DNA of 62,578 nucleotides, taken from Candidatus Zixiibacteriota bacterium (GTDB lineage: Bacteria; RBG-13-66-14; B26-G2; WVWN01). The number at the start of each line of letters is the position of its first letter. Position 1 is the stretch's first letter. The position numbers and the translations under genes are program-made. The DNA lies in NCBI GenBank assembly GCA_050117845.1, contig JASFLY010000015.1, positions 1 through 62,578 on the forward strand. The letters run 5' to 3'. A model generated the notes under the pieces. It made no database searches. It was not told where the DNA came from and saw only the letters and a list, made by a program, of their open reading frames with translations. Shown piece by piece: positions 8,458 through 18,290 of the stretch.

Positions 8458-11127
8458 TTGCGTGAGTTTCTGACAAGATGGGGGTTGCTCGGGTGCGCGC
8501 TCTTCCTGGCCGCCACGGCCGCCCGGGCCACCGTCCTCGAGGACCCGGACGACGGCGAGATCGGCGACCTGTTCCGCTACCTCGGCGAGGACGGCGGCGC
8601 CGCGGCCGAGGGGCCGGCCGCCGACCCGTGGGTGGCCGAGGTCCGCGCCGAGAGGGGCCTCGACGAGCCGCTCCGGCCGGTGACCGCCGGCGAGGCCCGC
8701 GCCGAACTGGAGGAGCCGCCCCTCGCGGCCGACGAGGTCCGTTTCTCCGTGGACGAGGAAGAGGGGTGGATAGAGTACCTCATCCAGGAGGATACGGTCT
8801 CGCTCCACCGCAACGCCAGCGTCGAGTACGGCGAAATGACCCTCACCGCCGACCGGGTGCGTTTCTTCTCGGGCCGCGACCTCGTCATCGCCGAGGGCTA
8901 CTGCGAACTCCACGACCCCAACCAGACCATGTTCGGCTCCCGGATGTCGTACGACCTCGAGAGCGGCAAAGGCGTTATACTGCACGGCGACGCCGAATCG
9001 ACCCAGGGATATTACCGCGGCACCCGCATCAAGAAGATAGAGGAGCGTACCATCGCCGCCCAGCGCGGCCGGTTCACCACCTGCGACCTCGGCGAACCCC
9101 ACTACCATTTCTGGTCCCCCCGCCTCAAGGTCTACCTCGACGACAAGGTCGTGGCCCGGCCGGCCGTGCTCTTCATGGGCGAGGTCCCCATCGCCGCGTC
9201 GCCGTTCTACTTCTTCTCGCTCCGCAAGGACCGGCACTCCGGCTTCCTCCCACCCTACATCCGCTTCCGGCGCCGCGGGGACTTCACCGTCGACAACGGC
9301 TTCTACTGGGTCCTGAACGATTACTCCGACGTCACCTTCCAGTTGGACTACAACTCCGTGGACGGGTACCGGAAGTCCGCCAATCTGGTCTACCTCTACG
9401 GCAGCCGCTCCACCGTCAACAACTTCTACATAAGCCACATGCGCCGCCGGGCGATAACGGCGACCGAGACCTCCACCGGCCGCGACGCGATGGAGCTTCT
9501 GAAAATATACGCCACCCATCGCCAGGACATCTCGGACAGCGCCGCCGCCCTCCTGCGGTTGGACCTGCGCAACAACACCAAGTACGACGACATCGTCGAG
9601 GAGGAGTTCGAGATTCGCGCCGAGGAGAACCTGGAGTCCTTCTTCAACATTTCGCAGACGTGGGAGGACTATCAACTCTCGGCCGAGGGGCGCTACACCC
9701 GCGACAAGACCCGGGAAGGCGACAGCGGCTCGTCGTCCGTGACGCTGGCCGCGGCGCCGCCGCACCACCGGGACCCCTACGGCAACATTATCCAACGGAC
9801 GCGCGACCCCTTCCCCCGAATAAACTTCTACGCCACCCGGAAGGAGTTGCTGGAAAGCAGGTTCTATTACCAGTACGACGCGAGCTGGGTCAACTACTAC
9901 GACTTCGAGGAGGCCGGGTCCGTCCTCAAGGAGGGCAACGCCGACGTATCGGTCTCGCGGCCGTTCTCGCTGTTGCGCTACCTCCGCGTGGACCCGGGGG
10001 CCGGCGGCCACGGCTACTGGTACGACCGCGACCGCTTCGGCCGCAACCACCGCTTCCTCGGGACCTGGGACACCTCCGTCGCCCTCTCGACCAAGATATA
10101 CGGCATCTTCGACCGCGGCGACACGACCTTCCGGCACATCGTGAACCCGACCGCGGCCCACTTCTTCCGGCCCGACATCGACCAGTCGTGGATGGTCGAC
10201 GGGGGCGCGGTCTACCCGGAGGAGAGCCGCATCTCCCTCGCCCTGCGCCAGTCCCTCGACGTCAAGCTGCCGCCCGCCGAGGAGGAGGACGAGGCGGAGA
10301 AGAAAAAGAAGGAGGAGGGGGACGACGCCCGGTCGTGGGAGGAGGTGTACCGGCCTTCCCGCCACGGGACGACCCGCGCCGGCACCAGTTCCGTGCCGCG
10401 GCTCCGCAAGGCCGGGACGGTGGGCGAGGTCGTCAACCTGGCGACCTGGGACACCACGACCTCGTACAACCTGGGGCCGCTCCCGTACGAGGGCGCCCGG
10501 GAGTTCGGCGACCTCGACAACACGATCGAGATAACTCCCAACTTCCGCAAGTGGTACTACCTGTCCCACCGCATCCAGTTCAGCAACGACTTCTACTCGC
10601 TCCAACTGCTCGACTTCGACATAACGACGACCGCCTCGTTCACGACCGGCGCGCTCCGCCGCGAGGAGGACACCGACCAGTCCTGGGAAAAGGCCACCGA
10701 CCCGTACGGCCGGCCGCGCGAATCCGAGGACAGCGACCTCGACCCCAACGTCTACAACATCGACACGCTGACCGGCCGGCGCTTCGAGGCCGGCGAGGGG
10801 CTGGGCCGGGGCTGGAACTTCTCCCTGACCCACGACTACCACTGGACGCGGGGCGACGAGGGATACGAGCCCTCCGTCCTGCACTCGGTCCGGGGCGCGG
10901 TATCGTTCAACCTCACCAAGAAGTGGCGGCTGGGCTACGACACCTACTACGACATAACGGACGGCAAGCTGATAAGCGAGCACTACCGCATATACCGCAA
11001 CCTGCACCGCTGGGAGGCCGAGCTGCGCATCGTCCTCGAGCGGGAGGAGTTCGAGTACTGGTTCCAGGTGCGGCTCATCGACATCCCCGAAATCGAACTC
11101 TACGGCACGCAACGGCGCTACTTCTAA
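8458..11127 (+). CDS. lptD: LPS assembly protein LptD
   Basis: Signal peptide, OstA-like region, FTTCD...PHY, RHSGFLPP, C-terminal RIYRNLHRWE barrel strands. Confidence 0.85.
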   Translation: MREFLTRWGLLGCALFLAATAARATVLEDPDDGEIGDLFRYLGEDGGAAAEGPAADPWVAEVRAERGLDEPLRPVTAGEARAELEEPPLAADEVRFSVDEEEGWIEYLIQEDTVSLHRNASVEYGEMTLTADRVRFFSGRDLVIAEGYCELHDPNQTMFGSRMSYDLESGKGVILHGDAESTQGYYRGTRIKKIEERTIAAQRGRFTTCDLGEPHYHFWSPRLKVYLDDKVVARPAVLFMGEVPIAASPFYFFSLRKDRHSGFLPPYIRFRRRGDFTVDNGFYWVLNDYSDVTFQLDYNSVDGYRKSANLVYLYGSRSTVNNFYISHMRRRAITATETSTGRDAMELLKIYATHRQDISDSAAALLRLDLRNNTKYDDIVEEEFEIRAEENLESFFNISQTWEDYQLSAEGRYTRDKTREGDSGSSSVTLAAAPPHHRDPYGNIIQRTRDPFPRINFYATRKELLESRFYYQYDASWVNYYDFEEAGSVLKEGNADVSVSRPFSLLRYLRVDPGAGGHGYWYDRDRFGRNHRFLGTWDTSVALSTKIYGIFDRGDTTFRHIVNPTAAHFFRPDIDQSWMVDGGAVYPEESRISLALRQSLDVKLPPAEEEDEAEKKKKEEGDDARSWEEVYRPSRHGTTRAGTSSVPRLRKAGTVGEVVNLATWDTTTSYNLGPLPYEGAREFGDLDNTIEITPNFRKWYYLSHRIQFSNDFYSLQLLDFDITTTASFTTGALRREEDTDQSWEKATDPYGRPRESEDSDLDPNVYNIDTLTGRRFEAGEGLGRGWNFSLTHDYHWTRGDEGYEPSVLHSVRGAVSFNLTKKWRLGYDTYYDITDGKLISEHYRIYRNLHRWEAELRIVLEREEFEYWFQVRLIDIPEIELYGTQRRYF

Positions 11128-11148
11128 TCCCGGATAATATCTCTATAT

Positions 11149-11692
11149 GTAGGGCCTGACCTTCAGGGCTGGCCACGAAATTCTCTTATTAGTAAGAGAT
11201 TTACCGAGGCCGCATCTAAAGATACGGCCCTACTTTATGCCGCCGGTTGAAACCGGCGGCTTACGCCATGCGGGTTAGGCACCGGCCGCTGAAGCGGCCG
11301 GTTTGAATTTAGTAGGGGTGCCACCGACATTCCTGTCGGTGAATAGAGATTGCGTTTATGTAGGGCCTGACCTTCAGGTCTGGCCGCGAAATTTTCTTAT
11401 TAATAAGTAATTGTGGTGGGCCGACCTAAAGGTCGTCCCCTACATTGTTCTCGGTATTTTCGAGGCCGCATCTAAAGATACGGCCCTACTTTATGCCGCC
11501 GGTTGAAACCGGCGGCTTACGCCATGCGGGTTAGGCACCGGCCACTGAAGCGGCCGGTTTGAATTTGGTAGGGGTGCCACCGACATTCCTGTCGGTGAAT
11601 AAAGGTTTTGTTTATGTAGGGCCTGACCTTTAGGTCTGGCCGCCTATCGCCGCGCAGGGGGCTTATTAGACAGCGGGCTTAAGCCCGCTGTC
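11149..11692. repeat. REP-like palindrome mosaic cluster 3
   Basis: Duplicated unit 11205-11388 / 11461-11643; ends in the perfect 24-bp palindrome GACAGCGGGCTTAAGCCCGCTGTC (11669-11692). Confidence 0.9.
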
Positions 11693-11771
11693 CTTCGGCC
11701 CAAGAAAAGGCTTGACTTTAAGTTTTATTATGATATATATACATCCATACCCTGCGAAAGGGATGGTTTAG

Positions 11772-11897
11772 ATGATGATCAATACCACTATAACCCACCG
11801 CGAACTGCTCACCCGGATGCACCGGGAGGGCGATAATGCGTTTAGGTGGGTTATTGTGCCTGCTGCCAGGTGGAGAGGTGTAACACGTTCAGATTGA
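11772..11897 (+). CDS. Putative 41-aa leader peptide
   Basis: MMINTTITHRELLTRMHREGDNAFRWVIVPAARWRGVTRSD*; AAGGGA upstream; lies between a TTGACT promoter (11712) and a terminator. Confidence 0.5.
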   Translation: MMINTTITHRELLTRMHREGDNAFRWVIVPAARWRGVTRSD

Positions 11898-11924
11898 TGC
11901 GACATTGCGTTGGACGGTACACCG

Positions 11925-11956
11925 ACCCACCGGGCAAACCCGGTGGGTTTTCGTTT
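11925..11956 (+). terminator. Intrinsic terminator/attenuator in the ABC operon leader
   Basis: ACCCACCGGG-CAAA-CCCGGTGGGT followed by TTTCGTTT. Confidence 0.8.
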
Positions 11957-12013
11957 ATATTTATTCGCACATAATCGATTTTTTTAGAGCTTCGGGCCCG
12001 AAGCGAGGAGAAC

Positions 12014-12946
12014 ATGAACCGAAAACCGGAAAGCCACTCAGACCCGAAAGGAGGGTCGACGATGGAATCGACCGCAACGGTCAACCGGGAAGACCTCGAC
12101 CGGGAATTATCCGCACTCATAGACGAGGTCGGTTACGACGGACGGACGGCGCTCCGCGCCGACGTCCTTACCAAACGCTTCCCCCAGCCGGAGGGAAAAC
12201 GCCACGGTTTCTGGCGCCGCCGGCCCAAGTTTGAAGCCCTCGCCGGCGTTAGTTTCGCCGTGCAGAAGGGCGAGATCTTCGGCCTTGTCGGCATGAACGG
12301 CTCCGGCAAATCGACGCTCATCCGTATCGTCTCGACCCTGCTCATGCCGGACGAAGGCGCCGTAGAAGTCTTCGGCCTGAACGTGGAGAAGGCCCCGGGG
12401 CGCGTGCGGGAACTGATCAACCGCGTCGCGGTGGACGCCGCGTTTTTCAAGGTCCTGTCCGGATCCGAGAACTTGCGTTACGCGGCTCGGCTCTACGGCC
12501 TCAAGCCGGGGGAAGCGCGGAACCGGTACCGCGGCCTGCTGGGACGCATCGGTTTCGAGCCCAAGCGTCTGAGCGACCAGGTCAAAAGCCTGTCCCGCGG
12601 CCAGCGGCAGAAAGTGGCGGTCGTGCGGGCGTTCATGTCGACGCCGGCGCTCCTTCTGCTCGACGAGCCGACGACGGGCCTCGACCCCCGCTCCAAGCGC
12701 GAGGTCCAGCGCGTCATCCGCGAGATGCGCGACGAGGCCGGAACTACGGTCCTCCTCACGACCCACGATATGGAGGAGGCCGAACGGCTTTGTGACCGCG
12801 TGGGCATACTGCACGAGGGGCGGCTGGTCGTGCTGGGCACGCCGTCCGAGTTGGTGGCGCGCGCCGGAAACGGCGTCCGCACGCTGGAAGACGCATTCTT
12901 AAAATTCACCGGCGCCGAGTGGCTGAGCGACGAAAACGGCGAATAA
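12014..12946 (+). CDS. ABC-2 (DrrA-like) exporter ATP-binding protein
   Basis: GMNGSGKST, LSRGQ, LLLDEPTTGLDP, LTTHDMEEAE; alternative start at 12062. Confidence 0.92.
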   Translation: MNRKPESHSDPKGGSTMESTATVNREDLDRELSALIDEVGYDGRTALRADVLTKRFPQPEGKRHGFWRRRPKFEALAGVSFAVQKGEIFGLVGMNGSGKSTLIRIVSTLLMPDEGAVEVFGLNVEKAPGRVRELINRVAVDAAFFKVLSGSENLRYAARLYGLKPGEARNRYRGLLGRIGFEPKRLSDQVKSLSRGQRQKVAVVRAFMSTPALLLLDEPTTGLDPRSKREVQRVIREMRDEAGTTVLLTTHDMEEAERLCDRVGILHEGRLVVLGTPSELVARAGNGVRTLEDAFLKFTGAEWLSDENGE

Positions 12947-12971
12947 TCGGCGCCGAGGGAGTTGATAAATT

Positions 12972-13781
12972 ATGACCGCAAGAGCGAGACTATTGAAGGA
13001 ATGGTGGTGCAGCGTCGGTTTCGCCGAGCGCAACTTCATGCTGGTGAAACGGTACGCCGGGTGGGAAGCGGTTTTCCTCACCTACACTATCGTTAGCGCG
13101 TTGACCATCGGCCTCATCGGCGTGGCGACGGGCGACGACCGGCTCGTGCTGTACCTCATCGTCGGCGCGGTGCTCTGGGCGTACCTCTCCATCCTCTTCC
13201 ACGAGGTCAGCGAGTGCATCGCCTGGGAGCGCTGGGAGGGGACGCTGGAGTACACGTTCATGGCGCCGGTGAAGCGTTTCACCCAACTCATGGGCAACGC
13301 CCTGTACGCCATAATATACGGCCTGGGGCGCGCCGCCGTCGAACTGGTGGCGTGCGCGGTGTTCTTCGGCCTCAGCCTGGCCGGGGCCAACTTCCTGACG
13401 GCCGCGGTGGTGCTCGTCGTCTCGAGCCTGCCCTTCCTCGGGATGGGCCTCGCGTGCGCGGTGTTGCCGCTGTTGTCGCGCGAGCGCGGCTCGCAGGCCA
13501 CGCACATCTTCCAGGCGCTTATACTGCTGGTCTCGGGCGTTTACTACGACGTGAGCGTTCTGCCCGGGTGGCTCCAGCCCTTCTCGGTCGTATCGCCGGC
13601 GACCTACACGCTGCGGGCGATGCGCGCCGCGGTGCTGGACGGCGCCGGCCTGGCCGACGTGGGGCAGGACCTCGTTATCCTCGTCATCTCGGGCGTCGTA
13701 CTGATACCCGTCGGATTCACGTGTTTCATGCTCGGCGAGCGCTGGGCCAAGAAGACCGGCAAACTCAAGATAGAAGGTTAA
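12972..13781 (+). CDS. ABC-2 type permease
   Basis: About 6 TM helices; ERWEGTLEY..MAP, SGVYY...LPGWLQ..S..SPATY. Confidence 0.9.
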   Translation: MTARARLLKEWWCSVGFAERNFMLVKRYAGWEAVFLTYTIVSALTIGLIGVATGDDRLVLYLIVGAVLWAYLSILFHEVSECIAWERWEGTLEYTFMAPVKRFTQLMGNALYAIIYGLGRAAVELVACAVFFGLSLAGANFLTAAVVLVVSSLPFLGMGLACAVLPLLSRERGSQATHIFQALILLVSGVYYDVSVLPGWLQPFSVVSPATYTLRAMRAAVLDGAGLADVGQDLVILVISGVVLIPVGFTCFMLGERWAKKTGKLKIEG

Positions 13782-13854
13782 CGCAATGGTAACCAATAAG
13801 AAGCGGCGGCCCCACACGGCCGCCGTTTCGATTATCCGGTGCGTTCGAACGCCC

Positions 13855-14655
13855 TCAGGGCACGCCGTAGGTCAGGCCCAGGCCCAGTTCGACGAACTGG
13901 TCGTCGTACTCCTTGTGGAGCGGCGTGTCGAACGTGTATTCGCGGAAGTGGTACGGGTCGTAGCCGTAGCGCTCGAAAATAAATACCTGGTACGTCCCAC
14001 CGTTGAAGACTCGGTGGTAGCGGCCGCTCAGGCTGACGGCCAGGCCCGCCCCCAGCGGGCAGGAGACGCCCGCGCCGGCGTAAGCGCCCACTCCGTCCGT
14101 CCGAACGCTATCCTCGAGCGTGTGGACGTTCGAGTAGACGAAGCCGGACCGCCCCTCGCCCCGGGCGGACAGGGCCACCTCCGTGAAGTAGAAGCCGGCG
14201 CCGCCGCCCGCCGTGGCCCGGAACGGCCCCAGCGCCCGGACGTAGGCCGCGCCGGCCGTCGCCGCCGTGATCCGCGTCTCGGGGTTCTCGACGGCGCTCT
14301 TGGGGCCGGACTCGTTGGGACGTGTGAAGAGGTGGAAGGCGGCCGCCTCGGCCTCGAGCCACGGCGCAAGGCCGACCGTCCCCCGAACGCCGGCGACCGG
14401 GCAGGGCTTGCCGCCCGTCCCGGTGAGCGTGAGGCCACGGATGTCGACCAGGTCGTGCTCGGTTCCCGGGTCGTCCTCTATCAGCCAGTTGAAGTAGCCG
14501 TAGTCGCCGGAGGCCATGCCGCCCACCGGGATCGCGGCGCCGCCGTAAACGGTGATCGCCGCCCCGAAGGCCGGCCCGACCGCCGCGACGAGGGCCGCCG
14601 CTAAAGCTGCTGCCCCGCGTAATAATCTTCGCCCGTCAGGGGTTTTAGTTCCCAT
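13855..14655 (-). CDS. Outer-membrane beta-barrel protein
   Basis: ATG 14655 with AAGAGGAA RBS; signal peptide ending VGPAFG; alternating strands ending ELGLGLTYGVP. Confidence 0.7.
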   Translation of the reverse strand: MGTKTPDGRRLLRGAAALAAALVAAVGPAFGAAITVYGGAAIPVGGMASGDYGYFNWLIEDDPGTEHDLVDIRGLTLTGTGGKPCPVAGVRGTVGLAPWLEAEAAAFHLFTRPNESGPKSAVENPETRITAATAGAAYVRALGPFRATAGGGAGFYFTEVALSARGEGRSGFVYSNVHTLEDSVRTDGVGAYAGAGVSCPLGAGLAVSLSGRYHRVFNGGTYQVFIFERYGYDPYHFREYTFDTPLHKEYDDQFVELGLGLTYGVP

Positions 14656-15326
14656 TTCTGTTCCTCTTCGCGGATCCGCCGGACGTCGTCGTAACGGGCC
14701 CGGTCGTCTTCGTCGAGCGTCAGCGCCGTCGAGGCGGCGTCGAAGTTTTTCCCCGCGGCCCGGAAGTCGCCGTCCTCGTAGTAGTTCCGGGCGGCGATGA
14801 GGCTGATGTCCGCGATTTCGGCCGGCGTGGAGGCGAAGGTGCGCGCTCGCTCGCACGCCGCCGCGGCGCCGCGGTAGTTGCCGTTAAGCTCCGCCGTTAG
14901 CGCTTCTTCCCGTATCACCTCGTAGGCCAGCGCGGCCGCGGTTCCGTATTTGGCCCGGGAGTCCTTGTACGGCCCGAGGGCGGCGAATCCCGTCGCCGCT
15001 TCCTCGTACCGGCCGGCCTCCAGCATCCCGACGGCCGTGCGGTAACGTTGGGCGTCCCCCGCGGCCTCCGTCACGAAGCCGAAACCCGCGAGGCTGAGGA
15101 ATAGAAACGCCGCGGACGCCAGCGTCCCCACCGGCAAGTAGAAGAAAACCGCCAGCGGCCACCCGGAACGGGGGCCGCGGGGTTCGGGAGGCCGGGGGCG
15201 TCTGGGGGGAGGGGGCGGCAACGGCGCGCCGCAACTGGGGCAGGTAAGTCGGCCGGTCGCGGGCGGCGAGGGCGTCCGACAATACGGGCAAACGACGTAT
15301 TCCGCTTCGTCGGCGTGGTATGACAT
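14601..15326 (-). CDS. Zn-ribbon, TM and TPR-like protein
   Basis: CPYC...CPSC, Pro-rich linker, TM, YEEA..GFAALGPYKDS TPR-like repeats. Confidence 0.75.
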   Translation of the reverse strand: MSYHADEAEYVVCPYCRTPSPPATGRLTCPSCGAPLPPPPPRRPRPPEPRGPRSGWPLAVFFYLPVGTLASAAFLFLSLAGFGFVTEAAGDAQRYRTAVGMLEAGRYEEAATGFAALGPYKDSRAKYGTAAALAYEVIREEALTAELNGNYRGAAAACERARTFASTPAEIADISLIAARNYYEDGDFRAAGKNFDAASTALTLDEDDRARYDDVRRIREEEQKWELKPLTGEDYYAGQQL

Positions 15327-15409
15327 AAGTACTCCTTTTCTTCTAATAGTACCCCTTACCGCCGAGGCATTACACCCCCGTTACAGGCAATAAAGCGGCC
15401 GCCCGCCGT

Positions 15410-15796
15410 TCAGTAGGGCCAGGTCGCCAGCACGAATATGAGAAACGCGAACGCGATTAACCCGATTATTATCGCCACGGCCACGGCCTTTTGTTCCCAC
15501 TTGTCCCGCTCCCGGTGGTCGAGTTCGTTGCACTGTTCGCAATATATCAGGCCTTCGACGTAATAGATGTGGCTCACGTCGGTCGTCACGCCGCATTGCG
15601 AGCATTTCACCGGCTTGGGCTTCTTACGGACGCGCTTCGTCCGGGGGTCGGGGACCTCGACCTCGAGGGGCGCGCCGCACATTTCGCACTTCACGGGTTC
15701 GTCCCCGCCGATCGTGCGCGGCGCTATGCGCGTCTGCGTGCCGCAATAGGGGCACGTCGCGAGGTACGGAAGGTCGCCCGGGTTCCCTTTATTCAT
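15410..15796 (-). CDS. Double Zn-ribbon protein with C-terminal TM
   Basis: CPYC, CEMC, CSQC, CEQC; hydrophobic C-terminus. Confidence 0.8.
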   Translation of the reverse strand: MNKGNPGDLPYLATCPYCGTQTRIAPRTIGGDEPVKCEMCGAPLEVEVPDPRTKRVRKKPKPVKCSQCGVTTDVSHIYYVEGLIYCEQCNELDHRERDKWEQKAVAVAIIIGLIAFAFLIFVLATWPY

Positions 15797-15805
15797 AACG
15801 CCTGT

Positions 15806-16137
15806 TTAGCCTTCGGAAAGCCGACACACGTTGACCAATAAACACGCAAGTGCGCATAACGCGAGTATCAACGGCACCACTTTCCTTGCGAGCTCCGCGT
15901 CCTCGTCCCTGCATTCCCGCCAGTACGCGTTCCAAATCCCTTCTTCGGCGGGACTCCCGAAATCGTACCGGCGTTTTTTTTACTCTTCTTCCGCGCCTTC
16001 GGGCCGGCCTCGAGCGACGTACCGCAAGCGGGGCACGTCGGCGGCTCGTCGCCGGCGGCCGCGGTTACGCTAACGCGGGATTGCGTCCCGCAGTGCGGGC
16101 AGCTTATTGCGAGTTCGTCGTCGTCTTCCTTCTTCAA
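15806..16137 (-). pseudogene. Zn-ribbon/TM paralogue frameshifted at an A8 tract (or recoded)
   Basis: N-terminal half CPHC...CPAC; the -1 frame after the A8 (15974-15981) reads KRRYDFGSPAEEGIWNAYWRECRDEDAELARKVVPLILALCALACLLVNVCRLSEG* to 15806. Confidence 0.7.
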
Positions 16138-16180
16138 CGTTATCCTTCGTCTCGGGAGGCGCGGCGCCCCGGGCCGCCTT

Positions 16181-16546
16181 TCAGCAACTCTGGAGTAATA
16201 CTATAAACAATATAACGGTTACGAAAACGCCGCCGAGTATTATTCCGATTACGTACTGCGCTTTTTGGAGCTCCCCCGCGGTTCGCATTTCGTACGCGCG
16301 GCGCTCGTCCAGCATCGCGTCGTAGTCGTCGAACGGCTTTTTCTTCTTTATAACCGGTGGTGGGGGGGGCTTTGCGGGGGTTTTTGGGGGGGGTGGGGGC
16401 GGGACGACCTTCAACGACGCGCCGCACGCGGGACACTTGAGCGGCCTGTCGCTCTCGATTTGCCCCAGGGCGAGCTGCGTCTGCGTTCCGCAGTACGTGC
16501 ACGTTACGAAGTATTGAACGTCGTCCTTGTTTCGTTCGCTCTTCAC
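16181..16546 (-). CDS. Zn-ribbon protein with C-terminal TM
   Basis: YFVTCTYCGTQTQL...KCPACGASL, poly-Pro linker, TM. Confidence 0.8.
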   Translation of the reverse strand: MKSERNKDDVQYFVTCTYCGTQTQLALGQIESDRPLKCPACGASLKVVPPPPPPKTPAKPPPPPVIKKKKPFDDYDAMLDERRAYEMRTAGELQKAQYVIGIILGGVFVTVILFIVLLQSC

Positions 16547-16583
16547 GGCCTCGTTCCCTTTTGGCGTTATCGACGCCCGGGGT

Positions 16584-16922
16584 TTATGACGTGAGCGAGA
16601 GTCCCAGGCAAATAGCTATTATGGAGATACAGACTATTAATACAATAATAGTCAATATCCATTCCAACTTCGTATCACGAGATGGTTGCTCCGCGCAGTC
16701 GTACCAGGGGTCCGCGAAAAGGAAGCCGTAGTCCCGTTTCATTTTTATTTGATCGTCGCCGCGGCTTTCCGGCGGGGGCGGTACGATTCTCAGCGGCGCG
16801 CCGCAAGCGGGGCACTTGACGGGCCGGTCGCCGTCGAATTGCGCGAGCGATAGCTGCGTTTGCGTGCCGCAGTACGCGCAGGTCACGAAGTGTTGGATGT
16901 GGTCGGGTTTTTCTTTTCCCAT
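16584..16922 (-). CDS. Zn-ribbon protein with C-terminal TM
   Basis: HFVTCAYCGTQTQL...KCPACGAPL, TM; clear paralogue of 16181-16546. Confidence 0.8.
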   Translation of the reverse strand: MGKEKPDHIQHFVTCAYCGTQTQLSLAQFDGDRPVKCPACGAPLRIVPPPPESRGDDQIKMKRDYGFLFADPWYDCAEQPSRDTKLEWILTIIVLIVCISIIAICLGLSLTS

Positions 16923-17111
16923 GGCGCGTTATCGCCGGAGGCACTCTTTTATTTCGTCCCTCAAAATATACCCTCGCGCGATTACCTTATTATAATAAAA
17001 CAAATACCCCCCGGCCTTGTCAATAAATAACGGCACGGGGTAATAGATTCGCCGCCCGCCCTTGCGGCCCGGCCGCCGTTGTGTTATCTTAATTCTAAAA
17101 AGAGGGATGCC

Positions 17112-18290
17112 ATGCGAAAAGCAATCTATATCGGGATTTTACTCTTTATCCTCGCGCCCGGCCTCATAGCGGCGGAGGAGTTCGATGCGACCACGGCGTC
17201 GCTGGAGGAGATACTGGCGGCGGCGGAAGGGGCATATCAGGACGGGGCCGAAGGCCGCGTCGAGGAGCTTATCGCGGCCGCGCTCGAGCGTTTCCCCGAC
17301 GAGGAGGGGCTCGCGAAGTTCCGCGTCAGTTGGTACATGCTTCAGGAGGACCCGGCCGGCGCGCTGGAAGTGGCCGACGGTTGGCTCGAGGGTCACGCCG
17401 GCGACGAGCAGTGGATGTACTTGCAGTCGCGGCTGTACCGGGAACTGGGCCGTGACGACGACGCGTTGGCCACGCTCGACGGGATTATCGCCCTCGACGG
17501 CGAGGGCGCCTCGCGCGCCGACGTCTATTTCGATAAAGGCGACATCTACGTCAGCCGGCCGCAGCCGGATTACGCCGGGGCCGCCGCGGCTTACGAAGAG
17601 GGCCTCATCCGCATCGAGCCCCGCGAGCGCATAGAGTACCCGGACGTCTTTTACAACCTCGGTTGTTCGTACGCCCGCCTCGGCGACGGCGAGAAGGCGC
17701 TGGAGTGTCTCAAGGCCGCGTTCGACGCGGAGCCGCGGTTCGCCCGCGACGCCCGCGACGACGAGGACCTGGTATCCATGCAGGGAAACAGCGACTTCGA
17801 GAAGGCGGTGGCCCGGGCCGAGGAGAAAGAACTGGAGCTGGAGGCCGAGAACACCAGTATCCCCCTCGGCGACCCGGCGCCCGATTTCGCGCTCGCCGAT
17901 ATCGGGGGCGGGAAATTCTCGCTGTCCCACTTCCGCGGCAAGCCGGTCGTGCTGAACATCTGGGCGACGTGGTGCCCGCCGTGCCGCCGCGAAATCCCGG
18001 ACCTGGTGGACTTCGCCGAGGACCATCGGGGCGAGGTCGTCGTGTTGAGCATCTCCGTCGACGAGCCGGGGACGGACCTGACCGGGTTCGCGGAGGAGTT
18101 CAAGATAAATTACCCGGTTCTACTCAACGCGGACGGCGCCGCGGAATCGTTTATGACTGTCAACCAGGGTATTCCGCAAACCTATTTCATAGATGAGGAC
18201 GGCAACGTGCGCGGCCATATCCTGGGGTCGGCGAGCCGCGACGTATTCGAGAGCCGCTTGAGAAGGTTTGTACCAGCCGAGAGCGAATAG
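17112..18290 (+). CDS. Secreted TPR plus TlpA/ResA-like thioredoxin protein
   Basis: Signal peptide, TPRs (FYNLGCSYARLG), APDFAL, NIWATWCPPCRREIP, GIPQTYFID. Confidence 0.88.
   Translation: MRKAIYIGILLFILAPGLIAAEEFDATTASLEEILAAAEGAYQDGAEGRVEELIAAALERFPDEEGLAKFRVSWYMLQEDPAGALEVADGWLEGHAGDEQWMYLQSRLYRELGRDDDALATLDGIIALDGEGASRADVYFDKGDIYVSRPQPDYAGAAAAYEEGLIRIEPRERIEYPDVFYNLGCSYARLGDGEKALECLKAAFDAEPRFARDARDDEDLVSMQGNSDFEKAVARAEEKELELEAENTSIPLGDPAPDFALADIGGGKFSLSHFRGKPVVLNIWATWCPPCRREIPDLVDFAEDHRGEVVVLSISVDEPGTDLTGFAEEFKINYPVLLNADGAAESFMTVNQGIPQTYFIDEDGNVRGHILGSASRDVFESRLRRFVPAESE

Noticed and set aside
8455..11159. 885-aa and 893-aa ORFs overlapping lptD
   Set aside because: Antisense or off-frame shadows with biased composition and no motifs; the same applies to 22554-25565, 36626-39328 and 26268-27737.
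11741..11960. Known metabolite riboswitch or T-box
   Set aside because: No recognisable aptamer or T-box consensus by eye; a uORF attenuator fits better, pending an Rfam scan.
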